Source: an uncultured Nitrospiraceae bacterium (lineage in GTDB: Bacteria; Nitrospirota; Thermodesulfovibrionia; Thermodesulfovibrionales; Dissulfurispiraceae). Taken from it: a stretch of 64,000 nucleotides of DNA. The DNA is taken from contig CAVPIW010000006.1 in the NCBI GenBank assembly GCA_963705105.1, positions 128,001 to 192,000 on the forward strand, in the 5' to 3' direction. A program made the position numbers and the translations under genes. Of this stretch, positions 61,896 through 64,000 are shown piece after piece (position 1 is the stretch's first letter; every line of letters begins with the position of its first letter). The notes beneath the pieces were generated by a model. That model was not told the DNA's origin, made no database searches, and worked only from the letters and a program-made list of their open reading frames with translations.

Positions 61896-62948
61896 TTATT
61901 TTTTCTTCTTCATCGCGATTTCCTGTTTCGCTCCCTGCAACATCTTGATGAAGATGTAGATCGACAGTGTCGCCACGAGACCGAGGATGAGGGCCGTCGC
62001 GGCGTTGTCGAAGATGGCGGCCTGTGCAGGTACTGCCTTGGCTATGAGCTTCAGGACGATCGAGACGGCGCAGCCGATGACGGCGATGCCGAAGGCGATG
62101 CGGATGCCGTAGCCTTTGATGTACTTCGTGGCGACGGTGCCGACCTGGGCGCCGATGGCTGCGCCGACGAGCATGATGATCGCCGCGACGAGCTCGGTGC
62201 GGCCCTTATAGGTATACGTGCCGGCACCGTAGAGACCGGAGATCATGACCTCGAAGAGGTCCGTACCGACGGCTACATGGGTGGGGCAGCCGATGAAGTA
62301 GATGAGGGCGGGCATGCGGATGAGACCGCCGCCGATGCCGAGGATGCCGGCGAGCCAGCCTGTCAGGAAGCTCACGGCGATGGGCAGCCAGGCGGAACAG
62401 TAGATCTGGGCCTCCTTGAACTGCACCATCGGGGGGATCTTGAGCTTGTGGAAGGTCTTGTGCCACTCGATGCCGGTGGCGAGCTTGTCGACCTCCCCGC
62501 CGGCGGCCTTCATCGCCTGCTCCTTTGCCCTTTTCTTCGCCACGTCGTGGAAGACCATCCAGGCGATGAGGCTGAGGAGGACGAGGTAGAGATACCGGAC
62601 ATACTGCTCGACCTTGCCGATGCGCTCGAGCCACATGACCATCTGGGCGCCCACCTCGAAGCCGACGATGGTCCCCACGAGCATGATCATGCCCAGTTTA
62701 TAATCGACGTTGCCGAACTTTCCGTGCCGCATCGTCGAGATAAGGGATTTGCCCGCCATGTGGGCTATATCCGTCCCGATGGCGAAGGCCATGGGAAAAC
62801 CGAGAATATTGAGTCCCGGAGTCACCATCCAGGCGCCGCCCATACCGAAGAAGCCGCCGATGATACCGACGCCGATGCCGAGGATGATGAGGCCCGGCCA
62901 GAAAATCGTTACACCAGAGATTGGCATGAGAATATACAAAAAGTCCAT
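61896..62948 (-). CDS. TauE/SafE (TSUP) family transporter
   Basis: GGFFGMGGAWMVTP, AIGTD, GIGGGLIRMP, AVGTD. Confidence 0.9.
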   Translation of the reverse strand: MDFLYILMPISGVTIFWPGLIILGIGVGIIGGFFGMGGAWMVTPGLNILGFPMAFAIGTDIAHMAGKSLISTMRHGKFGNVDYKLGMIMLVGTIVGFEVGAQMVMWLERIGKVEQYVRYLYLVLLSLIAWMVFHDVAKKRAKEQAMKAAGGEVDKLATGIEWHKTFHKLKIPPMVQFKEAQIYCSAWLPIAVSFLTGWLAGILGIGGGLIRMPALIYFIGCPTHVAVGTDLFEVMISGLYGAGTYTYKGRTELVAAIIMLVGAAIGAQVGTVATKYIKGYGIRIAFGIAVIGCAVSIVLKLIAKAVPAQAAIFDNAATALILGLVATLSIYIFIKMLQGAKQEIAMKKKK

Positions 62949-62983
62949 AAATTATCCTCCTTTGTGCGGAATGGGCTGTCGAG

Positions 62984-63280
62984 TCAGTGCTCGGCCAGTT
63001 CCCTCGACTTCAGGTCAATACCGATGTGACTCATGATGATGTCCGCAACCGTGCCGAATACAAGCCCGATGACGGGGATGACGGCGACGGTGAGGAGCGT
63101 GAAATAGATGTGGCTCTCGTTGTACAGGTCAGCGAACCACTTCTCCCAGCCGCTCAGCTTCCTCGTGTCGGCGACGATGACGAGCCCTGCCGCTTTCTCA
63201 CCCGCCGCGAGGGCGATCTCGGGCAGCAGCAGAACGCATACTGCGATTAATAAGACGATGTAAGACCCGATCCTTTTCAT
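62984..63280 (-). CDS. DVU0150-like small membrane protein
   Basis: VIVADTRKL...ADLYN...IGIDLKSRELAEH, upstream of TauE. Confidence 0.75.
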   Translation of the reverse strand: MKRIGSYIVLLIAVCVLLLPEIALAAGEKAAGLVIVADTRKLSGWEKWFADLYNESHIYFTLLTVAVIPVIGLVFGTVADIIMSHIGIDLKSRELAEH

Positions 63281-63385
63281 TGTGAAAACCTCCTTTTCGT
63301 AATTTTTTCTATGGTCAATTCCAGTCTCTGCATCGATAGGAAACGTCTTCTCTCACCCCCCTTTCCTGTCTATGGAGGCTGAAAC

Positions 63386-63799
63386 CTACCGGACGATGGT
63401 GACACTGCAGGGGGCCTGGGCCACGACCTTCGAGGCCGTGCTGCCCATGAGGGCCCTCTTGATGCCGGTCACTCCCGTGCTTCCCATGATGATGAGGTCG
63501 ATCTTGTCTTCTTCGGCCCTGCGGAGGATGTTGTTTGCCGGAACGATGCCCGCCTCCAGGATCGCCTCAACCTTGATGCCCTTCTGGTCAAAGACGGCCG
63601 TCGCCTTCTTCAGCGCCTCGACAGCCTGGGTCTCCAGCTTGTCCTGGATATTGGGCGGCATATCGTCGAAGTAGTCCTTGGCGTAATACGCCACAGCCAT
63701 GACCGACACCTCGGCCCCCTCCTTTTCCGCCATTTCCAGGGCCCTCTGCACCGCCTTCATCGAGTTATCCGAGCCATCCGTCGTAACCAACACCTTCAT
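63386..63799 (-). CDS. Universal stress protein
   Basis: VTTDGS, IIMGSTG, MGSTASKVV. Confidence 0.92.
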   Translation of the reverse strand: MKVLVTTDGSDNSMKAVQRALEMAEKEGAEVSVMAVAYYAKDYFDDMPPNIQDKLETQAVEALKKATAVFDQKGIKVEAILEAGIVPANNILRRAEEDKIDLIIMGSTGVTGIKRALMGSTASKVVAQAPCSVTIVR

Positions 63800-63840
63800 G
63801 GAAGACCTCCTTTTCTGACGTACCTTTCAGTCAGTAGTTG

Positions 63841-64000
63841 TTATTTCATCTTCTCGAATTCAGTCTGGATCCGGAACTTTTTCTTCTTTCCCGACAGACG
63901 CACATATGCGATCGGCGAGCCGTCGGCGCTGATCAGGACCTTGTGGACGACGAGAGCGGGAACGCCCTCGGGGACGTCGAGGTGGGCCGCCGCATACCAC
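63841..64000 (-). CDS. 3' end of a probable GntR-family regulator (UTRA domain)
   Basis: AAHLDVPEGVPALVVHKVLISADGSPIAYVRL...*. Confidence 0.6.
   Translation of the reverse strand, partial: WYAAAHLDVPEGVPALVVHKVLISADGSPIAYVRLSGKKKKFRIQTEFEKMK

Overview
GC-rich bacterial chromosomal segment. The gene content (multiheme cytochromes, TauE/DVU0150-type clusters, many USP and two-component genes) suggests an anaerobic Nitrospirota- or Desulfobacterota-like organism; this is an inference. Left to right: a membrane cytochrome c/b plus dodecaheme lipoprotein operon; housekeeping genes (beta-CASP nuclease, radical SAM, HDOD/GGDEF, zapAB, Slt, ald, aroC, glgB); an AT-richer decayed defence islet at 16.8-20.1 kb (four-helix-bundle gene, orphan type I-E CRISPR repeat, MNT-HEPN pair, 2.3-repeat I-C-like mini-array fused to a Cas3 HD-only gene, ORF6N relic); a hybrid kinase and trmJ; a sulfur/selenium module; cation transporters (P-type ATPase, Kup, TrkAH, ArsB/NhaD); and a large USP / TauE / two-component / PEP-synthase-like region. 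The strongest finding is in the sulfur/selenium module. Its YeeE/YedE transporter has two in-frame UGA codons at conserved Cys motifs, each followed by a SECIS-like hairpin, so it is a probable double selenoprotein that the ORF track splits. It sits with a DsrE/F/H-like trio and a sigma54-driven secreted protein ending in -EGC. The intergenic DNA also carries about nine copies of a ~210-bp palindromic element with conserved arms and variable cores, a second GTCATTCC palindrome family and microsatellite modules. Product calls come from motif recognition only; no database searches were run.
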